IMG/VR virus record: IMGVR_UViG_2061766007_002855
Location: 16,722-80,721 of that record
DNA length: 64,000 bases
From: a virus
Lineage: Duplodnaviria > Caudoviricetes
Reading direction: 5' to 3' (one strand)
This document shows, in pieces, positions 37,247 to 47,856 of this stretch; the stretch's first letter is position 1; each line of letters begins with the position of its first letter. The notes below the pieces were generated by a model, which made no database searches, was not told the DNA's origin, and saw only the letters and a program-made list of their open reading frames with translations. Both the position numbers and the translations under genes were made by a program.

Positions 37247-38391
37247 ACCATCTCAATTGTAATAGTATTGGTTTTCCCAATCTCTTCATCACGGATAGCT
37301 ATATAATCTTCAGGATATTTGAATTGAATACTTTTTAATTCAGGTATTTCCGCATCCAAGAATACTGCAAGTTTATGCGGTATGAAATCTTCACCAATAT
37401 TCAACCCATTTGTCCAGGTCTCATCATTTCTGTACCCTCCATCAATGAAAACTTTGATTGCAGATTCGATTTTTGATTTAATATCTTCTTTCTCCAATTC
37501 ACTATACGGGTTGATTTGGTCAATATCAATATTAACTACTGCATAAATATCAATATATTTCTCTGATGGAGCGAACATTGTAATATCTTCATTAGCTTGT
37601 GAAACAACATTCTGCAAGTCATCATAAGCAGCATTTAAAATATATGGTGTTCCAGGGTCAAGGATAACTTTCATCGTACCTGTACCATTCCAATTAGGTA
37701 TTAATTTATACCCTTCAATCCCATCGAAATTAGCGAAGTATTCTTCATATGCAGCATTGGAACCTTTAATTAGAATTTCACGCCATTTATATAATAATTC
37801 ACGATATTCATCATCTGAATATTCATCAGTTCCACCAGTACTTGCCTTTGCATTGGTAACTAAAAAACGATACGGAAGATTGGAAACTACATTTGTTATT
37901 GCATTTTCAATAATTCTAACATGACTTCCAGATTCAACACTTAAACATTGTACTGTAGCGGAAGCACTATCAACAGGAATGTATAATGGTTCAACTGTTT
38001 CATATTGAATACCGTTTTCTGTTGAAACAATTATTCCTTCTTCTAATGAAATATCACTGGTTAATTCTCCTTCATTATATGTGAATGTTACTTCAACACT
38101 TGCTGCGGTTGCACTTGGACGGGGTATTCCTTTTTCATCTCCGAAATTATCAAGGTCAACGCCTGTTGCTAATGCAAGATTATTACTGTTATAGATTAGT
38201 GTAGCACGTTCGTAGAACATTTCAAACATTTTACTGATGGCTGATTTATCCATAACATAATAGTTACTGATATCCTGCCGGTTTGCTATTACTGATGAGA
38301 AATCATCTGCTTTACTGATTAATCCCATTTCTACACTATCATCCAATACGGCTTTAAAAATTTCATCATAATCTTGTTCTTCATAATTCAT
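37243..38391 (-). CDS. baseplate J-like wedge protein
   Basis: LALATGVDLDNFG...RPSATAASVEVTF...GGTDEYSDDEYRE. Confidence 0.85.
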   Translation of the reverse strand: MNYEEQDYDEIFKAVLDDSVEMGLISKADDFSSVIANRQDISNYYVMDKSAISKMFEMFYERATLIYNSNNLALATGVDLDNFGDEKGIPRPSATAASVEVTFTYNEGELTSDISLEEGIIVSTENGIQYETVEPLYIPVDSASATVQCLSVESGSHVRIIENAITNVVSNLPYRFLVTNAKASTGGTDEYSDDEYRELLYKWREILIKGSNAAYEEYFANFDGIEGYKLIPNWNGTGTMKVILDPGTPYILNAAYDDLQNVVSQANEDITMFAPSEKYIDIYAVVNIDIDQINPYSELEKEDIKSKIESAIKVFIDGGYRNDETWTNGLNIGEDFIPHKLAVFLDAEIPELKSIQFKYPEDYIAIRDEEIGKTNTITIEMV

Positions 38392-38828
38392 ATAGTTACG
38401 CTCCCCGTTATCTTTTCATCATTAATACTTGTTACATTAAATTCAACAAAATATGAATGTGTATCAGATTCGGATACTTTTAAATTATTTACTTCTTGTA
38501 TTCTCCGCATTTTTTCAAGGACTTCGGAAATAAATAATTCGATTTCATATCTGACCATTTCCGATTTATTTGCTTTGATTAATTCATGAGCTCTACATCC
38601 AAATTCTTCATATAATGGAATAAAATCAAGTTCATTGAATCTTGTCATAATTGCAATACATATAGCATTATGAAGAGACTCTTTTCCAGTAACGTTTACA
38701 TAATCCCCATTTTCCATTTGAATATCCCAATGCTCCGAAGTAGGACTTATAGGCCGTACTTGAACGTCTTCATTCAAAGTCTTAAAATGCTGATAATCCT
38801 CACTTTCATAATTAATGGGTAGCGTCAT
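38388..38828 (-). CDS. baseplate wedge protein (gp25/Mu gp46-like)
   Basis: LHNAICIAIMTRFNEL...FGCRAHELI; position before baseplate J. Confidence 0.65.
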   Translation of the reverse strand: MTLPINYESEDYQHFKTLNEDVQVRPISPTSEHWDIQMENGDYVNVTGKESLHNAICIAIMTRFNELDFIPLYEEFGCRAHELIKANKSEMVRYEIELFISEVLEKMRRIQEVNNLKVSESDTHSYFVEFNVTSINDEKITGSVTI

Positions 38829-39522
38829 TATTATCCTCTCCTTGTTCAGCTAATGCTTCAGCTACTTTCTGTGCAATCAATTCATCAACTTCCTCTTTGG
38901 TATACACTTCTTCTTTATTATACACTTCATTTTTAGTGTAAACATTAGTTGAATCAGCGTAATCAAATTTCTCCATGTTTTCATCTAAATTCCCAACAGT
39001 CATTGTTGGAGTAGATGGCAAACGATATTCAAAACCATCTTTACCGAATTTAATCCAATACAAATTAGTTTCGGTCATTGACATTAACTTAACATTACCT
39101 GGAGCAGCAGGATTAAATCCAACCATATCATTTTCATCTTGAAAATAACCAAGAATCAAACTGAAATCTTTATCAGGAACATCAATTAAAAAAACATGTT
39201 GGCGAGACTTTGGTATTATCGCGGGTTCTTTAAGATCATCACAAAAAATTTGCTCATATGCTAAAGGAGTGTAAAAATCAATAAGGTCTCCACCATAACG
39301 GTGCAATATTTTACAGAGTACTTTTTTATTGGAATTATCCAACTTCACTTCAGCTTTATCCAAGTAGGGATAAAATTTAGTGATAACTCCTGTTTTTGTT
39401 TTAAGAGTCTCTGAAACTTTTTCTATTTTTTGAGGAACAGTGTTATTAATGATATGAGTAACTGGTTGGCTTATGGCCTGCATTAATCTATCATCTGTAA
39501 CTGTAATTTCTTTAGAATCCAT
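38812..39522 (-). CDS. baseplate spike/assembly protein (putative)
   Basis: OB-fold-like N-terminal region; position between hub and wedge. Confidence 0.5.
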   Translation of the reverse strand: MDSKEITVTDDRLMQAISQPVTHIINNTVPQKIEKVSETLKTKTGVITKFYPYLDKAEVKLDNSNKKVLCKILHRYGGDLIDFYTPLAYEQIFCDDLKEPAIIPKSRQHVFLIDVPDKDFSLILGYFQDENDMVGFNPAAPGNVKLMSMTETNLYWIKFGKDGFEYRLPSTPTMTVGNLDENMEKFDYADSTNVYTKNEVYNKEEVYTKEEVDELIAQKVAEALAEQGEDNNDATH

Positions 39523-39526
39523 TTAA

Positions 39527-40642
39527 TCAACTCTCATTAGAATCATCTGAACTAGTTGAATCATTATTATCATTTGTAGTTTTACTTGGTTTAGTTCCTA
39601 AATCCGGAGGATAATCAGTTAAGGTTACATTAGTCTTCCAGTTCGTATCATCATCATGGGAAACTTTTGTTAAGTACATATACCCATTCAAATTAAAAGT
39701 AGGGATATAAACACGAACCCATTTTCCAATTCTCCATTCTGGGCCTCCATCAATTTTACATTCCAATTGCCTACCTGAATCTTTTAACAGTTTATTCCAT
39801 TCATGATAAGCAAAAGCAATAGCATCTTTCTCTGATTTATTAGAAGAAGTAATAGTTTTGGTAACTTCACCAAATCTTTTAATCCGTTCATCATCTTTAA
39901 TGATATACTGATTATTACTCCATTTCACAATCAATTTATTAGGAGTATTTGGATCAATATCTTTTATAGAAACTCCTTCCAAGAAAACATTAACATCTTC
40001 AATTAATTGTAATTTAGCCGATGTAGGGTCCCGTATTTTATTAATGTAAATCGTATCGTCACGCAGATAACATTCAACATCACCATTCCATCCGTATAAT
40101 ACTTCTTTTATAGCATTCTTTATAGATGAACCGGAACTGCTTTTAGATGATGATGTGCCTCCACCCATTGCCTTTAATAGCTCATCAGCCATTTCTTCTT
40201 TGGTGGTTCCGAAGACTATTTGACATTTGGATTTACATATCTCATTCATTTGAGCATATGATTTCCCTGCAATCTTATCACAGATACTGGTACAATCTGG
40301 GTCACGGCCTATAGGATTGTTTTCAAAATCACTTCGGGATTTCATTCTTGGCCGGCCTAGGTCTCCACGGATAATGAAATATCCATATTTAAATGAGGTA
40401 TTCCCAAATGTTAAATCTGCAATACTGAATATACCGTCTGCAATAATATATACTCCGATTTTCCCTTTGGCTTTACTGCTGTAACTATAACTTGCAAAAG
40501 GGTTCGGAGCGATTTCTAATTTTTCCACAGAATGTCCAGCACTTTCTAATTTTTTAGCTACATAGTTCTGGACTTCTGCATCGTTACTTGCATTAATATC
40601 ACAACCAAGAACAACACTAGACATGATTAAAACCTCATCCAA
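39527..40642 (-). CDS. baseplate hub-like protein
   Basis: C-terminal half with ECYLRDDTIYI...WRIGKWVRV...YLTKVSH hub pattern. Confidence 0.55.
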   Translation of the reverse strand: MDEVLIMSSVVLGCDINASNDAEVQNYVAKKLESAGHSVEKLEIAPNPFASYSYSSKAKGKIGVYIIADGIFSIADLTFGNTSFKYGYFIIRGDLGRPRMKSRSDFENNPIGRDPDCTSICDKIAGKSYAQMNEICKSKCQIVFGTTKEEMADELLKAMGGGTSSSKSSSGSSIKNAIKEVLYGWNGDVECYLRDDTIYINKIRDPTSAKLQLIEDVNVFLEGVSIKDIDPNTPNKLIVKWSNNQYIIKDDERIKRFGEVTKTITSSNKSEKDAIAFAYHEWNKLLKDSGRQLECKIDGGPEWRIGKWVRVYIPTFNLNGYMYLTKVSHDDDTNWKTNVTLTDYPPDLGTKPSKTTNDNNDSTSSDDSNES

Positions 40643-40648
40643 TTTTTT

Positions 40649-41674
40649 TTATGATAAATTATGTTTGCTACCGCAGGTGTTATTTTGCCATGTTTCATTC
40701 CAAGGCCTTTGGCTTCTTTGGCCTTCAGACCATACAAGGTCGGAATAATATTTAGTGCCTCCTATTTCTATGACTGTGAAGTAATGGGCACTATCACATC
40801 GAAGTACAGTATAAGCATTTAATCCTGCACTTTTCATACAGGCCACAGTAAGGATAGAGGTATCTCCACAATTCAAACCATCTTTATGATGTTTTAGACA
40901 ATTTGAAGGAGTGTGATATCTGGAATCATTGTAATGAGCATACCATATTCCAACTTCATCACGTAATCCTGCGTGAACTGCTTTAGCTTTCTCTAAATCT
41001 GATGTTTTACCTTCACACCATTTTGCAACTAATTCATCGATTTCAGCATCACCAATACCTGTGGTTCCACTACTTCCAGATGATGAAACATTAGTATAAT
41101 CTATAACATCATCCTTTAAACCGGTGACATCTATTTTTGCTTTTAATCCGGCAGCTTCAATCATTTCTTTTAGGATTGCTGACCTTTTTGTCTTGGTGAA
41201 TGTGAACTGTTTTTCTTGATCTAATAATTTGCTCATTCCAACAAGTTTCAAATCAACTTGGTCTCTTGAAAAAGTTTGCTCACTAATGAATCCTAAAAGA
41301 CAAGTTACTAAATCATCCCAAACTAATGGTGTGCCGGTTTCGTTTGCTTTTTTCAAACAAACCTTTTTGCCTTTGAAAAATCTTGATGTATCCACTTGAG
41401 AAAAAGAAACGGAACCATTGTTACTCATTCCTTCGTAATCTTCATCAAAACCATTCTTATACATATTGTCAAAATATGCGATTTCTTTGATTTCCCCATT
41501 CATTGCAATGAATTTTTGTAATTCTTTTTCAGAATCAGAAACATCATCAGAAGATGAGGAACTGGAATTGGAAGTAGTTGTTTTCTTTGAATCCTTTTCT
41601 TTTTTCTTTGCAGATTCAGTTTCATAAACTTCAAAACCAGAATAACCTAAAGGAGGTAAAATTGTAGTAGCCAT
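40649..41674 (-). CDS. tail protein with C-terminal transglutaminase-like (Cys-His-Asp) peptidase
   Basis: GLNCGDTS, SAHYF, YYSD; same catalytic class as PeiW/PeiP pseudomurein endoisopeptidases. Confidence 0.7.
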   Translation of the reverse strand: MATTILPPLGYSGFEVYETESAKKKEKDSKKTTTSNSSSSSSDDVSDSEKELQKFIAMNGEIKEIAYFDNMYKNGFDEDYEGMSNNGSVSFSQVDTSRFFKGKKVCLKKANETGTPLVWDDLVTCLLGFISEQTFSRDQVDLKLVGMSKLLDQEKQFTFTKTKRSAILKEMIEAAGLKAKIDVTGLKDDVIDYTNVSSSGSSGTTGIGDAEIDELVAKWCEGKTSDLEKAKAVHAGLRDEVGIWYAHYNDSRYHTPSNCLKHHKDGLNCGDTSILTVACMKSAGLNAYTVLRCDSAHYFTVIEIGGTKYYSDLVWSEGQRSQRPWNETWQNNTCGSKHNLS

Positions 41675-41695
41675 AAACTCTTAACCCTCCCATAT

Positions 41696-42427
41696 TTATT
41701 TTTTAAGTAAGTATTGTCTAGTGTATTTACCAAACACACCATCAACTAACAGTTTACCATTTGTAGACCTTTGGAATGCTTTAACAGCAGCAATAGTTCT
41801 ATTATCATAAACTCCAGTTTTAAACTTCTTATTCAAGTATCCTAAATTAATAAGTTTTTGTTGCAATAGTTTTACACAATTATTCTTTTGACCTTTACGG
41901 AATGGAACACTACATTTGAGTAAAGATTTATTCAGTTTAGTTTCTTCTTTATTTGCAGTTTTAGTAGTTGTCTTTTTAGTAGGTGTGATTTTCTTAATAT
42001 CCGGAACAATTAATGGTGTTTCTCCAGGAATGTTAGAAGTTTTTCCTGGAACTTCAGTAACATCCACATCATATTCAGTATGATATCTTGAACCTTCCTG
42101 AATGCTTTTACTGAAAGTCACAATAGCCTTGAATTTACCACCCATTGCTTGAGAAATTATTTCAACAGGTTTGCTCTGTAATTCACGGAGTATTTTATCA
42201 TGAGCATCCGGACGGCCGTTTTTTGAATAAAGAGTTGTGGTGAAACTGAATTTTCTTTGGATGTATTTTCCTCTTCGAGCTTTCAAAGTACCATTCAATA
42301 AAGGCGTGAAATCATATTCACGACGGTTAAATGGTTCATCTCCATCAATATGTTCAGCATAAAAAGGGTATCCTCCAATTTTAATGTTTTCAGAAACTCC
42401 AGTAACAATGTCATCGTACATTCCCAT
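41696..42427 (-). CDS. tail tube initiator-like protein with C-terminal PG_binding_1-like domain
   Basis: KGQKNNCVKLLQQKLINLGY...AAVKAFQR...VDGVFGKYT. Confidence 0.7.
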   Translation of the reverse strand: MGMYDDIVTGVSENIKIGGYPFYAEHIDGDEPFNRREYDFTPLLNGTLKARRGKYIQRKFSFTTTLYSKNGRPDAHDKILRELQSKPVEIISQAMGGKFKAIVTFSKSIQEGSRYHTEYDVDVTEVPGKTSNIPGETPLIVPDIKKITPTKKTTTKTANKEETKLNKSLLKCSVPFRKGQKNNCVKLLQQKLINLGYLNKKFKTGVYDNRTIAAVKAFQRSTNGKLLVDGVFGKYTRQYLLKK

Positions 42428-42437
42428 ATTATATCAC

Positions 42438-45400
42438 CTATATATCAACATCAATGTTTGTAATATGATTCATTCCTTCGAATGCTGTAATCATTAATCT
42501 TTGAGCATCTTTAACTGTGTGGTTACGTGCATCAATTCCAACTGCTCCTTCTTGGACAATGATAGTTACAGGACGATTATCTGCTTTTTCTGGTGCATTA
42601 CTTATTGTTGTTTTTAATGCAGCTATATGTTCAGCAGTTAATGATCCCCCATTGGTGAACATGTCCATGTCTAAGCTTGGGTCTCCGAAACCTTGATAGA
42701 TTGAATGTCCTAATCCTGCAGCCATGTTATAAGCTGTACTGTATTTGCTTTTCATAGCTTCGAGGATGTAGCCTACTTCGTCCATCATTACATGAGCAAG
42801 GTTACCTGGTGAACCTGGGTTAATCGCTCCGACAGATTCGAAACCTTCTTTTGCAGACCTACCTAATGCTGCACCTGCATTATAGAATTCTTGTTCTTTA
42901 CTTGTTATTGCAGTTAAAGCATATTGGACTTCAGTTGCCATTGTGGATTGTAATTGTAGAGTTGATTTCATACCTGATGTTGTTGCTCTACCTAACATTG
43001 CTCCACCAGCTAATGCTTGACTTCCAGCACTATTAATGGCAGATGAAACAGAACCTTGAACAGTAGAAGCTAAAGGTGCTAAACCAGATTGAACACCACT
43101 AACAATTTGAGTACCAATACCCATTGCAGGTTCAGTAAAACCAGATGCTGCTGCTAATGTAGTTTTCAAATTCTCTAATGTTGTTTGAATAGCACCAAGC
43201 ATTGTGTCTGCAGTAGCACCATCAAAAGTAACACTATTGAGTTTAGCTAATTCTGTAGCAGCAGTTTGAACATTAGTCACCGCAGTAGTGATTATACTTG
43301 AATCGAATTCTCCAATACCACTACTTCCAATTGTCATTAATGTAGTTGAAACTTCACTAACTTTTTGTAAAGCAGTTCCTATTTGTGTTATTTTTTCTGT
43401 GATGCCTTCATCGATTTCAGATAAAGCAGATAATTCTGCGAGCTTTTGAGATGCAGTGATTAAATCGTTTTTGATTTGTTCTAATCCACCGGCAACATCA
43501 TAACCCCCGAATAATCCTTCTACCCAACTATCAAAGCCTGAACCAACCATTTCTTTAATAGTTGTGACAGTATCATTGACTGTGGTTAATGTGCTTCCAA
43601 CTTTTTGGATTTTTGTAGAAACATCGTCAGGGATTTCACTTATTCCTGTAAAACCGGCTAATGCTACACTTGCATCTATAATGTCCTGTTTCACATTTTC
43701 CAATGCAGTTTGAATGTCCACACCTTCACCGAAGATTCCACTAATGAAACCTCCAATCATATCATCCCAGTTTTGACCGTCACGAATACTGCGTAATGCG
43801 GACATAGCATCTCCAACACTTGCGAGACTGTTACATACATTTTGAATATTCTGTGCAACACCACTATCTAATGGGGTGATACCTGAGAATTCATTTAGTT
43901 TTTCAGAAGCACTAATAATATCATTTTTAGCTTGTTCTAATCCCGCAGTAACACTATCAAAACCTAAAAGGTTAGCAACAAAATTACTGAAACCTGTTAC
44001 AATATTATTCCATGTTAAAGAACCCATTGCTTCAGCAACACTACCTAATGTTTCACTAATAGTTTTGATTTTTGTACCAACACTTGGATCAATAGCCACA
44101 CTATTGAATTGTGCTAATTTTTGACCGGCTTGTTTCAATGCATTTACAGCAACATCTAATGGTCCGAGGATACCGGTGAATCCACCAGTTATTATGGCCA
44201 ATCCGGTCATTATTGATGCGAATGACATTGCAGCCATAGCAACACCAACCCATGCAAGAGCAGTAGCAACTTGACTTATACCTTTAACAGCACCATCTAA
44301 ATCGATACTGTCAAAGTTTAATGATTGCATGAAGTCTGCTAATAATTTCAGGAATACCATTGCTTCAGCAGCAATTACTGCAACAATAGGAATCATGATA
44401 ATGATTACTGCGGATAATGCGAGTAATGGTACAATCATACTTGTGAATGCTGCACTTAAACCAGTTGCCCCTGCAGCTGCGGCTTCAGCACCTACTGCAC
44501 CAGCTTCCATTGCAGGACCAGCTGCTGCGGCAGTTTCACCTGCTGCTGCGGCTGCACCCATACCTTCAGCAAGACCACTTGCACCTTTTAATGCATCACC
44601 AATATCATCTGCTTCTTCTATTACTTCGGCAGTTCCACGAAGACCAGAGATAGAATCTTTTAATCCTCCAAGAGTGTCTTTAAAACTGAATCCTTTGATG
44701 TTTTGATATATGCTAGTGTCTAGGCTTTTGAGTTTACTTCCAATATCAATATCCTTAATTCCTGCTAATGATGAACCGAAACTTGTGAATTTTCCTTTGA
44801 TAGTGGAGGCAATATTACCTAATCCACCCATACTTTTTTCTAAACCAGATTGTAAAGCTCCACCAAAGCTAAAACCTTGAATACTACTGATTATACTTTT
44901 AAATGGACTGGTTATTGTTCCTTTCAAATCAAAATTACGGATAGATGAAAATGCTCCAGTAAGTCGGGTTTTGAATCCAGTTACTTTTCCTTTGATTGCA
45001 CCGGTGAAAGTTTGACCGGATTCTTCCCATTCTCTGAGAAGATCATCATCATACATGAATTCGGATGATTTTGATAATGCATCTGATAATCCTTTGGTAT
45101 CTCTTTTAACATTTGCAAGGACTTTTTCTGGTGAAACTCCACTCATCATTGAAGCTCTTTTAGCATTTGCTTTTAAGTTAAACTCTCGGATTTCATCATA
45201 GAGTTTCTCTGACCGGCTAACTTCTTTTACAACTTTTTCCGCTTCTTTGTTGGCAGTTTTATTTCCTTTTAACATGTCGGCCATGAGCAATGCATCCATT
45301 CCACCTTCAACTGCTTTTTCACCTTTGCTTGCAGTTTTAGTTGCTTCGGCTCCGGCACCTACTGCACTACCAACTCCGGCCGCACCGGCACCCATATCCG

Positions 45401-46379
45401 AAACATTACTAATGGTGTTGATTGCATCTCCAGTAGCTTCAGCTGCTTCACCAGCTCCTTTAATAGCATCTTTTAATGTTCCGAAAACACTGGTTAAATC
45501 TTTTACACCTTGAACTGTTGTGGATATATTCCAGAAGCCTCGATTCATTACATCAATACCTCCACTAACGACGAGCATTGATGCTGCAAGACTTCCTCCT
45601 AATTCATTATCCAAGTCAATGAATCCACGTTTAATATCCTTGATGAATGGGAGGAATTCGTTACCGATTTTTTTACCTGCACGACTGAAACTTTTACCGA
45701 TTAATGCATCTAAACCAGTATTGGTTTGCATTAATTCTTCTGTTGAACCAGTTACTTTATCAACGGCTTTCATGAATCCTTCAACATCTTTTTCATCACC
45801 ATTCCAGTAACCTGTTCTTTTCAATGCATCTTCAGTAATACCGTATTGGTCCAAGGATGCGAATGCTCCTTTAATACCTTTACTTAAATCCATCATGGAT
45901 TGTTGAGCAAGGTCTGTTGAACCTGTTTGTGCTAATACTGCTGCACCGAAGTTAGCTATTTCATCTGTGACATTAGTCATTTCTTTATCAGTAGCACCAG
46001 TAGCGGATTTGAATGCTTTCAAAGCAGGAATCAATTCTTGCATTGAAGTTAAACTTGCATCAGTAGTTTTATCTACTTTTTCATAGAATGCATCGTAATT
46101 TTTACCAGCATCGTCAAGCATGTTTTTGAGGAGAACGGCATTGGTTTCGGCTTTACTGGTGGTTCCGAGAATATTGTCTAATGCAGATTTACCAGTCAAT
46201 GATTGCATTACATTATCAGTTACTTGGCCTAGATTCATCATTCCCATGTTGATACTAGATAAAGCAGAACTGATACTGCTTGCCATGCTTTTAGCATTAC
46301 TATCTACTTGACTGAAAACATTAGAAGCATTATCTCGGCCTCCAATAGTTAACATTATTTCTTCTGTAGTATTGGCCAT
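42438..46379 (-). CDS. tape measure protein
   Basis: 1313 aa, Ala/Gly-rich helical, central hydrophobic stretch, follows tube and chaperone genes. Confidence 0.9.
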   Translation of the reverse strand: MANTTEEIMLTIGGRDNASNVFSQVDSNAKSMASSISSALSSINMGMMNLGQVTDNVMQSLTGKSALDNILGTTSKAETNAVLLKNMLDDAGKNYDAFYEKVDKTTDASLTSMQELIPALKAFKSATGATDKEMTNVTDEIANFGAAVLAQTGSTDLAQQSMMDLSKGIKGAFASLDQYGITEDALKRTGYWNGDEKDVEGFMKAVDKVTGSTEELMQTNTGLDALIGKSFSRAGKKIGNEFLPFIKDIKRGFIDLDNELGGSLAASMLVVSGGIDVMNRGFWNISTTVQGVKDLTSVFGTLKDAIKGAGEAAEATGDAINTISNVSDMGAGAAGVGSAVGAGAEATKTASKGEKAVEGGMDALLMADMLKGNKTANKEAEKVVKEVSRSEKLYDEIREFNLKANAKRASMMSGVSPEKVLANVKRDTKGLSDALSKSSEFMYDDDLLREWEESGQTFTGAIKGKVTGFKTRLTGAFSSIRNFDLKGTITSPFKSIISSIQGFSFGGALQSGLEKSMGGLGNIASTIKGKFTSFGSSLAGIKDIDIGSKLKSLDTSIYQNIKGFSFKDTLGGLKDSISGLRGTAEVIEEADDIGDALKGASGLAEGMGAAAAAGETAAAAGPAMEAGAVGAEAAAAGATGLSAAFTSMIVPLLALSAVIIIMIPIVAVIAAEAMVFLKLLADFMQSLNFDSIDLDGAVKGISQVATALAWVGVAMAAMSFASIMTGLAIITGGFTGILGPLDVAVNALKQAGQKLAQFNSVAIDPSVGTKIKTISETLGSVAEAMGSLTWNNIVTGFSNFVANLLGFDSVTAGLEQAKNDIISASEKLNEFSGITPLDSGVAQNIQNVCNSLASVGDAMSALRSIRDGQNWDDMIGGFISGIFGEGVDIQTALENVKQDIIDASVALAGFTGISEIPDDVSTKIQKVGSTLTTVNDTVTTIKEMVGSGFDSWVEGLFGGYDVAGGLEQIKNDLITASQKLAELSALSEIDEGITEKITQIGTALQKVSEVSTTLMTIGSSGIGEFDSSIITTAVTNVQTAATELAKLNSVTFDGATADTMLGAIQTTLENLKTTLAAASGFTEPAMGIGTQIVSGVQSGLAPLASTVQGSVSSAINSAGSQALAGGAMLGRATTSGMKSTLQLQSTMATEVQYALTAITSKEQEFYNAGAALGRSAKEGFESVGAINPGSPGNLAHVMMDEVGYILEAMKSKYSTAYNMAAGLGHSIYQGFGDPSLDMDMFTNGGSLTAEHIAALKTTISNAPEKADNRPVTIIVQEGAVGIDARNHTVKDAQRLMITAFEGMNHITNIDVDI

Positions 46380-46381
46380 TA

Positions 46382-46633
46382 TTACCTTCTCCTCATACGA
46401 TTTTTCTGTTTAGCTTTACGAGCCTCTTTCTCCATTTGGCGGATTCTTTTCTGCTCCGCTTTGATTTCTTCACCATATTTCCGCATTAACATTATAATAT
46501 CCCAATCACGGTCATAGAAGCCACGAATGACTTCAGATATTGGGATGGATAAATGTTTGCTGACTCTGAAGTATACTTCCCCAACGAAACTATCTAACAT
46601 CTGGAAATAAGTCAGCTTCAAAACCTTCATCAA
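46382..46633 (-). CDS. tail assembly chaperone, second part (T-like)
   Basis: Overlaps the 3' end of the upstream chaperone ORF in the +1 frame; immediately before tape measure. Confidence 0.55.
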   Translation of the reverse strand: MMKVLKLTYFQMLDSFVGEVYFRVSKHLSIPISEVIRGFYDRDWDIIMLMRKYGEEIKAEQKRIRQMEKEARKAKQKNRMRRR

Positions 46634-47321
46634 TGCGGACTATTTCTTTACATTTGTTGTAGATTAAAACACGTGCTCCAATGTCCATTTTATGCCAGAA
46701 CTTTTTGCGTTGTGTTTTAGTTAAGTCCATATCATCAACCAGTTCAACATGGTCGATTAAAAAATTAGTAATTACATCATTGTTTTTGTCAACGTCTCCA
46801 AGTTTCTCGACAATTTTGTCTTGAATGGATTGTTGCATTTTTTCTTCTTCTGGGGATAATGGCACGCCGTTAGTTGCTTTACTGAAAACCATTTTCTCTG
46901 ATTTGTTTAAATCACGGAACACTCTTGTTTGAGCATCTAATAAATCCATATATTCATTATCTGATAATGGGTTTAAGCGGAATTCTAAACGGTAGATTTG
47001 GCCTTGTATCCTGCAATGCATGTCAAACCTGTAACGGTTTGGATCATCTAAAATGTTTAACAATTCACTTGAAGATTTAATAATTTTAATATTAGCGTCA
47101 AGATTCTCTTCTAATTCCACACTATCATATTTGGAGAAATATTCACGATATTTGTCTAATAATATTTGTAAATTGTCTAATTCTTCTTGTGTGAATTCTT
47201 CTCCATTTATACATTTTTCTGCTAGTCTTTTTTCATCGTCTTCAAGGTATCCTAAAGGTAATCTTTTACATTCTTCAGGGAATACGTTTTGAAGAGCATA
47301 CAAATCTTTTGCATCTATCAT
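46590..47321 (-). CDS. tail assembly chaperone (G-like)
   Basis: Position between tube and tape measure. Confidence 0.55.
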   Translation of the reverse strand: MIDAKDLYALQNVFPEECKRLPLGYLEDDEKRLAEKCINGEEFTQEELDNLQILLDKYREYFSKYDSVELEENLDANIKIIKSSSELLNILDDPNRYRFDMHCRIQGQIYRLEFRLNPLSDNEYMDLLDAQTRVFRDLNKSEKMVFSKATNGVPLSPEEEKMQQSIQDKIVEKLGDVDKNNDVITNFLIDHVELVDDMDLTKTQRKKFWHKMDIGARVLIYNKCKEIVRIDEGFEADLFPDVR

Positions 47322-47440
47322 TTATACGGCCTCCTGTGAAAAAAATAATTAGTTTTATTATCATGAAAAAAATAATGTGAATTAAATTAAAATAAAAAAA
47401 AAGATAAAAGAAGAACAAAAGTTTTTTATTGTCTTCTTCT

Positions 47441-47851
47441 TTATGTTCTAGGTCTTTCAACGCCTAAAGCGTTTCCTGAACAATCGATGGATGCACCATC
47501 ATCACCATGACTCATTGTTAACTCAGTGATTTTACAATAAGTCAAAGTTAATCTATGATTGTATTTTCCGCCTTTACCGAAGTTGTAATATTGGATAGGG
47601 AATAATTTACCGGATAATTTGTATTCTAAAAGTAAATCATAATATTCTGGTTCTACTCCAGATAAACCCCATTCAACAGTATCTTTTTTACTGGACCTAC
47701 GAGTACCTTGTTCAGAATTGGTTACATATTTAATGTCTCCTCCTTCTTCACCAAGGTCAACATTATTTTCATTAGATAAAATGGTAGTTCCATCTAATCT
47801 CATTTCAGCAAGGTCATAAGTATTATTGGTTGGATCAACAGTTATTGCCAT
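47441..47851 (-). CDS. tail tube protein
   Basis: 136 aa beta-rich, directly after sheath-like gene. Confidence 0.65.
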   Translation of the reverse strand: MAITVDPTNNTYDLAEMRLDGTTILSNENNVDLGEEGGDIKYVTNSEQGTRRSSKKDTVEWGLSGVEPEYYDLLLEYKLSGKLFPIQYYNFGKGGKYNHRLTLTYCKITELTMSHGDDGASIDCSGNALGVERPRT

Positions 47852-47856
47852 GTTAT

